Positions 13,450 through 26,700 of a stretch of 64,000 nucleotides of DNA are shown here, piece by piece. This DNA comes from Albugo candida (taxonomy: Eukaryota). A program made the translations under genes and the position numbers. The stretch lies in contig JBDOQK010000041.1 in NCBI GenBank assembly GCA_040437565.1, positions 62,001-126,000 of the forward strand, written 5' to 3'. Within the stretch, counting starts at the first letter, position 1; each line of letters opens with the position of its first letter. The notes beneath the pieces were generated by a model. The model had not been told where the DNA came from, did no database searches, and was given only the letters and a program-made list of their open reading frames with translations.

Positions 13450-16400
13450 GGAAAAAAACTTCATCTCTGTTTCAAGATACTCCGTTTATCGTATTCGACG
13501 AAGGACTCTTTCGTAATCTCAAATGTCAAATCACTGGTGTGTATCAGACTCGGGTCAGTGAGATTGTTGACGCACGACGATTCTTCTTGTTATGCTCCTT
13601 GCTCTATCAAAATGATGAAGTCATCTCAACACGACGGTACATAGGTAGAATTAAGAACGGTGTGATGCCCAGATAGTGCGTTTTGGTTTTTAAGTTGACC
13701 TCTGCGCTGTAAACAGTCTACCGAGAAAATTTCTGTTTCCCGGAATATAAAGAATAAAGTTTTGTAGAGTCGAAGATCTGTAAAGCGACAACTGCATTGT
13801 CACTTTCGGATTGTCCAGTAAGAGTCTGAGGAACATTTCTGATTGCCATCGAGATTGTTGTCCCTTAAGGCATCCCTGAGCTGAACCTGGTGATCAACAA
13901 TAACATCAGCCTCTGTATTTTTGCGTTATATGCTGCGCAGGCTATCTACAGCCTTCATCGAAGAGACTCTATGATAAACGAGTCGATAATTCGACGTGTA
14001 GTCCACCATCTTGTTGACGAAGATATAGAAACTCCTTGCTGATCAGGTGAACGTATTTACGAACAAGCACAAATCGATCTAGCATCGACTGCCACTATCG
14101 GAGAGTCTCTGCTGGTATGTACACCAGAATAGTGTAATGCCACAGAAGGGATAAAATCATCGTATGCTCAACCAGTAGTTCGACCACGCACAGTTCGTGC
14201 ATGGCGAAACCATACACCAAATCTATTATAAAAACCCTTGCCGAGGTTGAAATAACCGTCGAATGAGTCGGTATCTGGCCGAACGGAATACCCAAATACT
14301 TGACCGAATCCTCCGGACCCATTATGGTCAAATTGGGAATATGTGGACATGGCTTGGTCCGAGTCAGCGAGCGCAAGGATGATTTGTTCAAGTTGAGTTT
14401 CACTCCCGATCCATCGCAATAGACTTGAACGAGTTCGAGTTGCGTCAAAACACCATTTGGTGTCTCTGAAAGCAATGTCGAATCGTCCACAAAAAGTAAT
14501 TTAGTTGCGACAGTCGTTCCATTAATCCAAATGCCATGTTCTTCATGTCCCAAAGGTTCGATCGTCATCAGAAAAAGTAATGCTGAGAGAGGATCACCTT
14601 GTTTCACTTCACGTTGTGGTTTAATGGACGGTGTAATATTTCCATTGACCATCAACTGCGCCTTTGTGTTATTGTGTAGAGGACGAACCTAGTTGATGTA
14701 ACTTTTTCCAACGCCCATTTCTTCCAAAACGTGAAACATGTACGTCCAATTGACTTAATCATAAGCTTTCTCAAAGTCGAGAAAAGTCGCATAAGCTTCC
14801 TCCCACGATGAGTGACCAAGTCTTGGATGTCGGTGAGATGTTGAATATGGTGATGCATTGACCTCCCTCGAACAAATGCGTCTTGATCTTGATGGATCAA
14901 TTTTGACAAAAATCGTTGCAATTGATACGACAACACTTTTGAAAGTACTTTCACATCGACGCAAAGCAGTGCGATCGGTCTATAGTTACCAGGATCACCT
15001 CGTCATCCTTTTTTGTATAAAAGTGTGATTGCGGAGTGACGTTGTGATCGAAGTAAAATTCTTCTTTCCAGTTGATATTCGAACACGATCTTCAGACACT
15101 CGCCAAACGTTTCCGGATCAAGCTGATAAAATTGCAGCTGGTAGTCCATCCATACCTGGAGAAGAACTACTTCACGTGTGCTTGATCGCTTCCGCCATCT
15201 CGGTAGTACTTAAGCGAGTTGAGAGACGGTCTTGCTTTGCTGAGCAAGGGAAACTTGAATCGAATTCAGTATTTTTTTTGTTTCTTTCGCAAGGATCATC
15301 TGAGTCGGTCTCGGAGCTATAAAAAGAGCCCATGACACCACCCCAAGAAAAAAAATGATCTCTAAATTCGTCAATAATCTCCCTCGGTTTCGATGTCACG
15401 GTGCCGCCACGCGAAGACAAGGACTATCCGTAGGCGAAAAAAATGCTTCGAGGAATTTTCCATATGCTTTACGTGATGATCGAAGCTTTCATTTTGGTTG
15501 TATTTGGCACTGTTTTCGACTGAACTTCTGAACTGTTCTAAAAACTCGATTCGTACAAATGCCATGACTGATTGCTGTCTTCAGAGCGATATCGAGCTGC
15601 TGTGGCTTCCCAAACAAGATGGCCAGACTCAACATCACATCGGCTATCTGCAATCCTTTTTTCAATTCCTTGATTTGATTTTCGTCCTCCAGCTTTCCCA
15701 TATTTTTCAGGAAGTCGAAGTTGTCCGCAACTGTTCGGGCACCTAATTCGCTTCCAATTTGATTGCTTCGACAAGTTGAGGATATTCAATTATTCGTAAT
15801 GAACGTTTTCAATATCTTCTCCCTTAAGATGGATTTGGATTTGCAAAAGTTCATTTTTGTTGTACTGTACGTACATGATCTACCGCATGCCGTGAAAGGG
15901 AATATTCGTAGGTTTTGTATACCATAGTAAACAGCTCTTCCGACATGAGATGTAATCTAGTTGATTCTTGCGAGGGAATGGCCGTGTAAATACTTTTTCA
16001 GTCAGATGGTGCATTCGCCAAGCGTCTACCACACCTTACTGTGAAAGCCATTCCAAACACGCTAATCGACTTGATTCGTGTCGAATCATTCAACTCGGAG
16101 CATCGATAGCTGGATTGAGTGGTTTGAGATGTGTTACAGTCTATTAGAAAGTGTAGGAATTAAATAAATTATAGAAATTTACTCTTTCCTCGGCCTTGAC
16201 CGGTGCATGTACACTGTGAATATATAATGGTGCATGGTGAATGAGAAGACCCACAACCAAATTGCGATTTCGAATACTTCGTTCTGTGAGTTCGTCAGCT
16301 GCAGTATAGCCAGGAAAGTCCGAACGAAGTATTGTCATCACACTGCCACTGCAATTTTAAGTTGAATGGAGAATCACTGCTGTGGTCATTGACAAACAAT

Positions 16401-17390
16401 TTGTGCTGCATTTTTGTATGTGATAAAAGCTAAAGTAATTCCAGTTAGTTGCGATCTTGAAACTTGTTTCTGAAGCGCAGCGAATGGAGGCTTGTGATAC
16501 GACTTGGTCGATGAATAGATGACCATTCTTATGAATTTCATTGACATGCACCGTGAGCGCTGAAATGTTGTTCCACGTTGAAATTAATGAGGAGCCCTTG
16601 ACATTCACGCTGAAGGAGACCCGCAATCAACTTCTTTTCATCATCTTGGATAAGGAGGTAAATTTTTGCAAATTATTCCGGGAATTAGTAAGGCTTTACT
16701 GACAGCTCGTCAATATCGTTAGAGAAAGCTCCTCACATTTACCGCCAATCCATTTCATCCAATACCTGGTGCCCAAAGCTGAGCGTGACAACGATAGGAG
16801 CACGTTGGTAGGCAACATTCGACAATGATATACTGGAATCCAGATTACTGCCCCGTCAGTAAAATATTGGACCCAATAATCATTTGCTTTAATTGCGGGG
16901 TCACTGCACATGAGTATTAATTCCATCATGGAAAGAGCTGCTTTTGGCAACCCGAGAACCAAATCTGGCACTAACTTCCTCCATGAAGCTATTTTTTCTA
17001 ACATCACGTCGCGCTTTGGTGGAACTTTCCCACCAACATGGCGACTCCATCGCGTTGAAAACGTAACATAGTCATTCAAATCACGAGAAGAAATACGAGA
17101 GTGATCATCAGTAGATACTCCATTTCATTCAAAGTTTCATCATTCGACTTCATACACACGAGTAGCACACCGTTCATAGTGATCGGATGATTTTGTCCGG
17201 ATTTGTGCTGAACTTGATCAGCCTTCGAACATGTTCGATTTTTGCGTCCGCTGGGACCAGCTTGTCCGGTCTAAATGTGAGGATGGCATTTTAGAATCAA
17301 TATCCATAAGCTCTCCCACCTCGCCAACTCTGGTTGGTCGCTCCGTTTTTTAACCTTTGTGTGGCGTTTTCGAATAAACTAAGCTACCTC
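13450..17390 (-). mobile_element. Decayed non-LTR retrotransposon (L1/Tx1-like): ORF2 with APE endonuclease and RT, plus 3' part of ORF1
   Basis: RT motifs GNYRPIALL, LDFEKAYD, VKQGDPLSALLF, LFVDD and VKYLGIPF. Endonuclease-like IHSVHAP near 16.2 kb. Many frameshifts and stops; ends approximate. Confidence 0.85.
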
Positions 17391-17989
17391 TTTTTGCGGC
17401 CAGAATTGAACAATCATCAAACGTACAACGTCAACGTATATTATTGGCGCAATACAAGCCCCCCAATGACATTCCAAAAGCTTCTTCCCAATCACATTTA
17501 ATCTTGATACCAACCATCCTGCTCCTTTCACAACAAAACAAATTCCTTTTTTTCTGCCAGCCCATTCATCTAAGTAGCATGCCTCGAACCACAAAACAGA
17601 ACGTCACATGAAAGATATGCGGGCTGCTTTTGAGACGAAGTTCAAGTATTGACAATAGAACCGATACAGAGAAAGATTTAGAATCCGAATTCGTGAATTT
17701 TGAGGAAGAGCAAATGGACACCATTATTGTAAGNNNNNNNNNNNNNNNNNNNNNNNNNNNNNNNNNNNNNNNNNNNNNNNNNNNNNNNNNNNNNNNNNNN
17801 NNNNNNNNNNNNNNNNNNNNNNNNNNNNNNNNNTCGAACATGTTCGATTTTTGCGTCCGCTGGGACCAGCTTGTCCGGTCTAAATGTGAGGATGGCATTT
17901 TAGAATCAATATCCATAAGCTCTCCCACCTCGCCAACTCTGGTTGGTCGCTCCGTTTTTTAACCTTTGTGTGGCGTTTTCGAATAAACT

Positions 17990-20520
17990 AAGCTACCTCT
18001 TTTTGCGGCCAGAATTGAACAATCATCAAACGTACAACGTCAACGTATATTATTGGCGCAATACAAGCCCCCCAATGACATTCCAAAAGCTTCTTCCCAA
18101 TCACATTTAATCTTGATACCAACCATCCTGCTCCTTTCACAACAAAACAAATTCCTTTTTTTCTGCCAGCCCATTCATCTAAGTAGCATGCCTCGAACCA
18201 CAAAACAGAACGTCACATGAAAGATATGCGGGCTGCTTTTGAGACGAAGTTCAAGTATTGACAATAGAACCGATACAGAGAAAGATTTAGAATCCGAATT
18301 CGTGAATTTTGAGGAAGAGCAAATGGACACCATTATTGTAAGAATTTAGTCTGCTCGTAAACGGCCTTCTCGGTACCTTGGATATTCCTACAGAACGAAC
18401 CTTATCAAAAAAGAAGCGCAGGGAAAAGCTGCTGTTGGCTCAAGAAAGCTGGAGACATACTTCAAGGCGAAATCCACACAGCGTCAGCCTATAGATTCTG
18501 AAAGCAAGGACTCGATAGATGATAGACCTCTTTATCTTTCCATCAACCTTCAAAGATAGCCTGTGAAACTGGGCAAACTGAATGAGTCACAGGAGGAAAT
18601 TATGCGGCTACGTCTTGCCTCTCTAGTAGGAAATTTAGCTCATACTCTGTGGAAGTCAGGTATAGTTAATTCATGTTGCACATTCGCTAGCGCAATTTTC
18701 TTTTATTTGTTGACGTTCTATCATGATGAAAATCGAGAGTTGCTGCCTCGCAAATAACTGTGGTGGCGAATGAAAAGGTCGTTGCTTTGCCAAGATGCCT
18801 CGTGGCTGAGGACATTTATATCTTGAAAGGTTTCATTCCCGAGAGCAAGCGGGGAAAGCATGTTGAAACAATCAGTTTACGAGAGGATGAAGATGCCATT
18901 GCAGTTGTACAGCTTTACCTTCGAAACCATAAATTCTACTTAGTGACAACGGATTTTACCAAGCATGTCAACGAGCAAATACTTCCAAAAATTGATCCCG
19001 CCGCATCTCTTCACCTCAGCGCTGGGACTCGCTGGTTGAAAATTTTATCCTATGCTATCCAGAGTTGAAGAAAGGCATAAACGTTGATGACGATGAACGA
19101 GCAGATGTCGTGGCATATCGTCCTCAGTTTTTGGGACGAATGAGAAACTATGAGCCATTCATGCCGGAATTGTTGGGACGGAAATTGGATTTGGCCTGCT
19201 GGAGATGCCATCATCCTATTGACGCATGATGAAAGCACATTTGCCGCTCACATAAAATATGGCTTCCTTATGGCGAACAGCCACTGCGAAGAATGAGGCT
19301 GGAAGATCGATACATGTCAGCGATTTCCTGACTGATGTTGGTAAGTCTCTTATTTTAAAACTTTTCGCTCGTTACTTTGATTAAGAGCTAGCATTTTCTA
19401 TCTGATATAAGGGGGTCGACTAGCTTTGAGCAAAGAATAGCAGCTTCAACACAGCTATCTTCCAGATGAGGCCTTCATAATCACATATCCCGGCAGGAAC
19501 TATGATGTTTGGTGAACTGCGGAAGACCTTCACAAGCAAGTCCGGGATGCTGCAATCCCCATTTTCTATATGCACTTTCCCAATACAAAAGCTCTCTTCG
19601 CTTTTGACAATGTGACTAGCTACGCGGCATTTGCTGAAGATGCTTCCGTATCTTGACGGATGAATGTTGTACCGGCAGGAAAGCAACCGGTGTTGCGAAA
19701 TGGAATTCTGGAGATGGGACAGAGCAATCTATGGTATTCCCCATAGATCATCCTCTGACCGGGCAATCAAAAGGCATAAGGATCTTCCTGCAGGAACGCA
19801 CCCTTTGGACGCCAAACCTTTGCCTGGATTGCCGGGGTAAATTTGGTATCGCAGGTAGTTGCTTCGGCCGCAGTTTTATTCAGAGCTAACCAAACTTCAA
19901 AGCTCAAAACGGTTAGTTGGATGAGACAACCACTGCGGCGGGCCATCTCATCCTCTTACCCCAAATTCCATTGCGAAATAAATTCAATGAGAAACTTTTG
20001 GGGGGAAGCAAAACGATATGCAAGAAAAATTGCGATTACACATGGAAAGAATTGGTTGCGATAGTTTCGAAAGCACTTGCCTCAGTTCCGCTCGCAACAA
20101 TCCGTCGCCATGCTAGAGAGTGCTTCCTTTATATGGATGTGTATCAGAAAGATGTAAGCGGAGAAGCCGCGGAATATGCTATGAAAAATACCGATCACTT
20201 TGAAGAGATCCAGACTCAGTTCTCACTGACAGCAATGCTTTAGCATCTTCTGCATGAAGTTGTAAGTGTGATATCTAATCATAGATATTACACTTGTTCT
20301 TAAACCCTAAACCCTAAGTTAGCCACTGATGGCGACCAAATTTTGCGCATTGATAGGAAAATACCAGTAATTCAGAAATCAAGGCAGCTTATATAGCCTT
20401 ATAATTTAACCAAAAATTATTCAATTTGAAATCTAAGCCTTTTGTTTTGAATCTCTGGGCTGCATCTATCAGATAAAATCGCTATTTTGTTGTGCGATGA
20501 TTTATGCGTGAAGAAAAGTA
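17990..20520 (+). mobile_element. Decayed IS630/Tc1/mariner-like DDE DNA transposon; its 5' part is also duplicated at about 17390-17733
   Basis: Frameshifted transposase motifs ILLTHDESTF, GRSIHVSDFL, ALFAFDN, KGIRIFLQER and YPKFHCEINSMRNFWGEAKRYAR/KNCDYTW. Termini not securely identified. Confidence 0.75.
20264..20317. repeat. 14-bp hairpin followed by telomere-type (AAACCCT)2 repeat
   Basis: AAGTGTGATATCTA-atca-TAGATATTACACTT (one mismatch, G-T compatible), then AAACCCTAAACCCTAA. Confidence 0.8.
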
Positions 20521-21780
20521 AATTCAGCAAGGCTCGAAATAGTTACAGGCTACAGGTGGTTTGTACTGTATATCTTCTGACATCCGTGTTTGCACGGTAA
20601 TAATATGAAATCGTGTTCTATGCTCCAGGTTGCCAGCTTCTTCGACTTGCTTTGTCTCCACATCCATTGTTGCAAGAACGGAGCAATAGTCTTCGGTCGC
20701 CAAACCAGGTATAGCACTTTCGACACCATGTTTCGGAATGGCTCCACCCGGTGACGTTCTCTGCACTTACAAACCAGCTGCATGGTTATATCCCCATCTT
20801 ACTCTACTGGTTCCATTAAGCCTTGTAGAGATGGTTTGTTCTCTAGATGTAGGATTGGAAGGAATTTTTGCGGGAGTTGGGGTTTGCCCGGTGGTGTGAT
20901 CGTCGGAGGAGAATTGGACTCCGACGAGATTTGCTTGGATAATTCCGTTCCACTGTCTTTGTCACCTCTTTTTGATTCGGAATAGGCATACCATGGATTT
21001 TGAGGAGACCGAAGATGCATTGTTTGTTGTTATTTCTTTTCCTGGAGCTGTAGCCGAGGGAGTAGGAGCGGCTTTCAAGTCCAAACAGTATGTCCCACGT
21101 TGACCGAAACATGTCCAAATCGGAGCATTTTTCCCGGTACCGGGAATAGTTGTTTGCAGAATGCGATCCGCTCGCATACCTTCCCCGCACGTGGAGGACG
21201 TAAAGTAAACTCTCCACGTCGACATAAGCACTCCTTTGGAGGAATTTGCATCCCGAAAGGATCGAGAAGTACGCCACAGTTGTTTTCATGTAGAGGTTTA
21301 AAAATTACCTTTCTTTCGACCTCAAGACTGACACCGAACACATTCAGGTAGTAGCGACATTCCAAGGTGGCGTACTATTGCAGCAGTATCCAATGCTTTC
21401 GGCTTCAGGAGCTCCGCGCGGATGTGCGCTTTCGGTCCGACATTGTCTTTGTGCAACGACTCTTGCGACTTGATAAGTTCTGCCAAGGTGGGACGTTTGG
21501 TGTCATCCACACTTGCAGTTGTCTTGGCACCACCCTGTGACGAGGCAATGACAATAACACCAGTGCCACCCTGTGCCGTCACACTGGGGAAATACTCTCC
21601 ACGTCAACCACACAGAGGTGATGATTGATCAACAATCATGCAATCGCTCATAAATGGGTGATTCGTCAGTTGCCACGCCAGTACAAGAAGACGCTAAAAC
21701 GCTGGGCTGTATCGATATGTCGAATTGAATCATTCCGCTGGAGAGGAAAAGGTTGAAAGAGGTTGAAAAAGGTTGCTTTC
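20520..21780 (-). mobile_element. Probable decayed ORF1 (gag-like) and 5' region of the LINE
   Basis: Broken minus-strand reading frames on the same strand as the LINE ORF2, ending in a knuckle-like PPVACNYFEP. No host-gene similarity recognised. Confidence 0.45.
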
Positions 21781-21825
21781 CGAGTTTTTGTTCTGAACGG
21801 GGTAACTTAGTAGCCGGAAAATTGA

Positions 21826-23090
21826 GAACTTGACCTGTTTAATGTGGAGTGAGCTATCGTCGAAAGTGTATTGAATAGTTGATGGTTGATCTTACCAAAT
21901 CATGATTTTCCGGTGGAATCAAAAGGTGGGATATGCACGCCTGAATTCAAGGATGTCCCATCTGTATAAAATGTAGTAGCCTGGTAAAACCATTAAAACA
22001 TGGACCGTATGCAACGTGTGTGGATAGCTTGGCTTTTTAGAAAACTCTCTCATCGACTAGGCAGAAAAGATATGAGCGAGATTAATTGGATTATGTGAAT
22101 TGCGGTTTCCACCTTCATCAATATTTACTCGATCTGATGCGGGACCACAAGTATCGCTGCACGACGTAGCCTTTCGTAAGTTATGGAGGAAAATTCGAAG
22201 AGTACGGTGCGAGGTACGATGTGGTGAGTGTACGCTGTCTATGCTATCCCTAAAATCTAGACGGTGAGACTGAAGCGTGAATATCGATACAGTCAAGTGA
22301 TAAAAAAAACGACATGCGTGCCACAATTGAATAGATACAATACGACTTTTTGTGACTTTGCTGCTAAAAGAGACAACGGATGCTGTTCGGAACTGGTAGA
22401 GTNNNNNNNNNNNNNNNNNNNNNNNNNNNNNNNNNNNNNNNNNNNNNNNNNNNNNNNNNNNNNNNNNNNNNNNNNNNNNNNNNNNNNNNNNNNNNNNNNN
22501 NNATCATGATTTTCCGGTGGAATCAAAAGGTGGGATATGCACGCCTGAATTCAAGGATGTCCCATCTGTATAAAATGTAGTAGCCTGGTAAAACCATTAA
22601 AACATGGACCGTATGCAACGTGTGTGGATAGCTTGGCTTTTTAGAAAACTCTCTCATCGACTAGGCAGAAAAGATATGAGCGAGATTAATTGGATTATGT
22701 GAATTGCGGTTTCCACCTTCATCAATATTTACTCGATCTGATGCGGGACCACAAGTATCGCTGCACGACGTAGCCTTTCGTAAGTTATGGAGGAAAATTC
22801 GAAGAGTACGGTGCGAGGTACGATGTGGTGAGTGTACGCTGTCTATGCTATCCCTAAAATCTAGACGGTGAGACTGAAGCGTGAATATCGATACAGTCAA
22901 GTGATAAAAAAAACGACATGCGTGCCACAATTGAATAGATACAATACGACTTTTTGTGACTTTGCTGCTAAAAGAGACAACGGATGCTGTTCGGAACTGG
23001 TAGAGTGAGAATTGCCCATATTCGCAATCAGTTATATGGAAATGGTTTGGCTAATTCTAAGACAGCATCGACTCGTCTAATTTCTCCAAG
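21826..23090. repeat. Diverged copy of the upstream region of the secreted-protein gene at 35838-36257; internally duplicated across the gap
   Basis: Colinear similarity to 36258-36865, e.g. ATCATGATTTTCCGGTGGAATCAAAAGGTGGGATATGCACGCC vs ATCATGATTTTCCGGTAGAACCAAAACGTGGGATATGCACGCC. Confidence 0.9.
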
Positions 23091-23749
23091 CCGGATAGCA
23101 TACAATTCCGCTTTTTTTGTAGATTGACTGAGCGAGTCCGTTATCCCTATACCAGAATTGTCATGCTAACATATTATATCAATGTGAGAGTCGAATAGAT
23201 GTTCGAGTAGTCGTTTGCTCTTCGACGCTGACACACTTAAACGGACCTCACTAGTTTGCATTGGCGACTAGCTATTTAGCTTTAGTAAGCTGGTTTGGGG
23301 ACTAATATACAACCATGCTTCATCTCTATCCTTGCGATAACTCGATCAGATTCTTACGCTTGATGGTTTGCTACCTGCCTCTCTCCGATTCAAAAGCAAT
23401 GGATAAGGAGCCATGTTGCGGGAAAGGCTCGTGCCTTCTGTTGAAATTTCGGACCTATAAGCATAGAGAACGAAGGCAACAGATTGGAGCAAGGTGCATT
23501 GCATCGACCAAATCAAAGTAAAAACAAATTTAGATCCCTCTTTTGTCAAGTGTGTCTATTTCTCAAGCTGCTTATAACACATGACAAAACGGGATGATAG
23601 ATTCACTCGTTTGTGCGTACATAATAAAAAAGGCCATCCGCATTGTAGCGGAGCTACTCTAGCTCCTTGCCAGAGGAAGGCTATCTGCTCAACGAGCAAT
23701 CTAGTTCTTTAAAAGAACTAGACTCATTCCCCCACCAGACTGACGTTGT

Positions 23750-26700
23750 CACAAAACGCCAATCGAATCATTTTCCCTCGAACAGGACGTTTTGCGTACG
23801 CTTAACCTCACGGTTGTACAAAGCATCAAACTCCATGGCGTCGCCATTCAACGAGCCTAAGGCTCCTTCTCTTACGGCGAGTCCGGTGAGGAGGTGGACT
23901 ACGGTAGCAGTGATACCAGTGTCCATGCGGAAGAAGTCGCGGTTCCCGACACACCCATACCGTAACCAAAGCCTCGCCCCGCACCAAATCCCTTCGTCGA
24001 ACATAGTGATTTCAACACGCCATCGGCGCTTATCACCAGCCCGCTCGATGATCAACAGATGTACGAAATCATGGCAGATGAAAGTACTCGCACAAGATCC
24101 AGGATCCTGCCATCTTTGCAGGCGAGACAAGGATATTATCCGCCACCTAGCACTGATAAAAGACTTAGACAAGTCGCAGACCAATCACCGGAACAATGGA
24201 TCCTAAAACCCGAGGTGACGACGCCTCACGAAGTGACGGTACGTCAAGCTGTACGTGAGCGATATCTGACGCCACAAGTCATACCCATGGATCAATACCT
24301 GGCAAGATTAAAGATTTCAGCACCGGGTGTCTCTGTAGCCTCATTGAGGACCGTTCCTATCGTACTTTACCCAGGGGAGTCGGAATTCGATAACGAAGAA
24401 GCTTTGAGCACTGGGTGCAGCGCGTGTGTCGATTGCACAGTATAGACTCTCTTCTAGCGAGTGGCGATGTAGCCGATGTACGTTTGGAACGCAAAGTGCG
24501 CTATGACTTTGCGAAGTTGAAGGCCAAAAGCCGATTGCGTTTCTTGTATCGACATTCCCACGTAATGATACCCGACGCTTCATTGCACACCAGTGCTTCG
24601 GCTGTGGCAGCCACGGGATCCAGTCATGATATGAAAGTGAGCCCTCCCACACCCGCACCGATTAGTGCGAAGCGTGACCTGTTACAGGTGGCCCTGCTCA
24701 CGGTGTTCGAAAATGTCCACGACATGGGGGCAATCGTGCCGCAGTGGAGTTTCAAATTTTCACGAGTTCTCAGAGTCAGGGTACCCCCGCCATTTCACCA
24801 AGCACTGGTTCTGTCCATTGCGACGACGTCGCTTTAGAATTCTCTCCACATGGAACTGTCGTTTTCCTTGCTTATCGATCAGAACAGGCGGAGATCGACA
24901 CATCGGGACCATCCCATGGTGATCTCTGCCAGACCATTGAAGAGTTGAAGCACGAGGTGCAACGCCTTCGCGAGCGTGTGGTACGCCTGGAATAGGTTGA
25001 GAACCGGGAACGAGCCCTGGAGCAGGGTCAATCTCGCTTGGAGGGGCAGCTGGATATCCTGTTGCGGATGCAGCAATACGTGGCACGGCCACCTCCTTTG
25101 GCGCCAGCGCCTCTAGATTCACATGGGAAGGATCCCGATAAAGCTTGAGAAAGCCAACGTAAAACACGAGATGTGTGCGCAATTTTCGCGGAAGGTTAAG
25201 GGTGAAAGCAAGTCCCTTCTTCGCCATGACCGTGAATGGCCTAATGAAGCGTGGCCGCTTTTTGTCTTGAAGAGAGCGGACATTTGTAGGTAGGTTTTTA
25301 GTACTGAGTAATACCTGGTCTCCGACCGCATAACTTTCAAGACAACCTCTGATTTTAGCATCAGCTTGTTCTTTTTGTCGGTCTTGGCTTTCAGCCATTG
25401 CGCCACGCACATGTCGTAAGACATTCAATCGCGTTGCGAGAAACTCGTGAACCTATTTTTTAACAGTAGCAGGGCTGACATCAGCAACCCAATCGGCCAT
25501 CACTCCCCCTTCAAGCCCTGAACCACCTAGTGATAGCGTTAACGGGACGCGAGAGTGGGTAAGCCCGTTTACGTAGAACGGATTATAGCCGGTAGAGGCA
25601 TGAACAGAGTTGTTTAACGCAAACTTAACAACAGAGAGCATGGAGCCCAACGCTTAAGTGTTTCAGCGCAAATGCTGCGTAAGATATCACCAATAACGCT
25701 ATTTACTCGCTCAGTTGACCATCGGTCTGCGGATGATCCGCAGTAGACATATCCAAGCGGGTGCCATGAAGATGGACTTCCAAAACTTCCCAGAGAAGCG
25801 AGGATCTCTATCATTGATTATTGCCACAGGCAAACCGTGTTGACGGAACATTCGATCGATAAATAGCGTAGCGGTACCTGCATTATCGATAGAGTCCGGC
25901 GCAGCCACGAAATGAGCCATCTTGCTCAAACGTTCAACAAAGACCACGATACCCGTATTGCTTTCCGAATCTTTCGGTAGGCCAAACATAAAATCCATAC
26001 GAATGGACTCCCAACACCTTGTGGGTACTGGTAAACTAGCTAGCGGCGCAGCCGCATGCGCTGAAGGTTTAACCCGTTGACACATTTCACATGTACGTAC
26101 GTACTTACCCATTTATACAGGTTGGGCCACCAATAGTATTGACTCAATGAGCTATAGGTCTTCTCACGACCGATATGACCACTCAACGCAGTATCATGTG
26201 CCTCATAGAGGATTCGATACTTCAACTCCTCATCATGAGGGACAACGATGCGAGGACTATCCTCCACATCCATGCAGTAACAGAACAGGCCTTGATCTGT
26301 GGAATATCGATGTAGCCTCGCACGTAACCGTGCCGACAATTCTATGTCTGAGTCTTTAAACTCCTATCTTCCAAGTGCACGTAGCAATGCTACACACCGT
26401 TTATCTTTGGCATAAGCCCCACGGATTAAGTCATTGATTGAAGACGACAGTGTCGTAACATGAGAAAGCTCAAAATCAGGCTTGCGAGACAACGCATCGG
26501 CCAAAGCATTTTGCTTAACCGGCTTATGCTTCACCTCGAAGTTTTATTAGGCAAAGAATGAAAGCCAACGAGCCATTCTCTGAGAGAGATGAGGCGACTG
26601 AGTCACAGTGTGTAATGACGCATGATCCGAGTAAATCACAAAAAGTCTAGAACCTAGCAGATGAACTTTGAATTTGACCAGAGCATACTTCATTGCAAGT

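Noticed and set aside
17385-20530. Terminal inverted repeats of the DDE element
   Set aside because: Best candidates (TACCTCTTTTTGCGG vs TACTTTTCTTCACGC) are too dissimilar to support.
23600-24000. 3' LTR and polypurine tract of the Gypsy element
   Set aside because: No second LTR in the window to compare and no clear PPT-TG junction.
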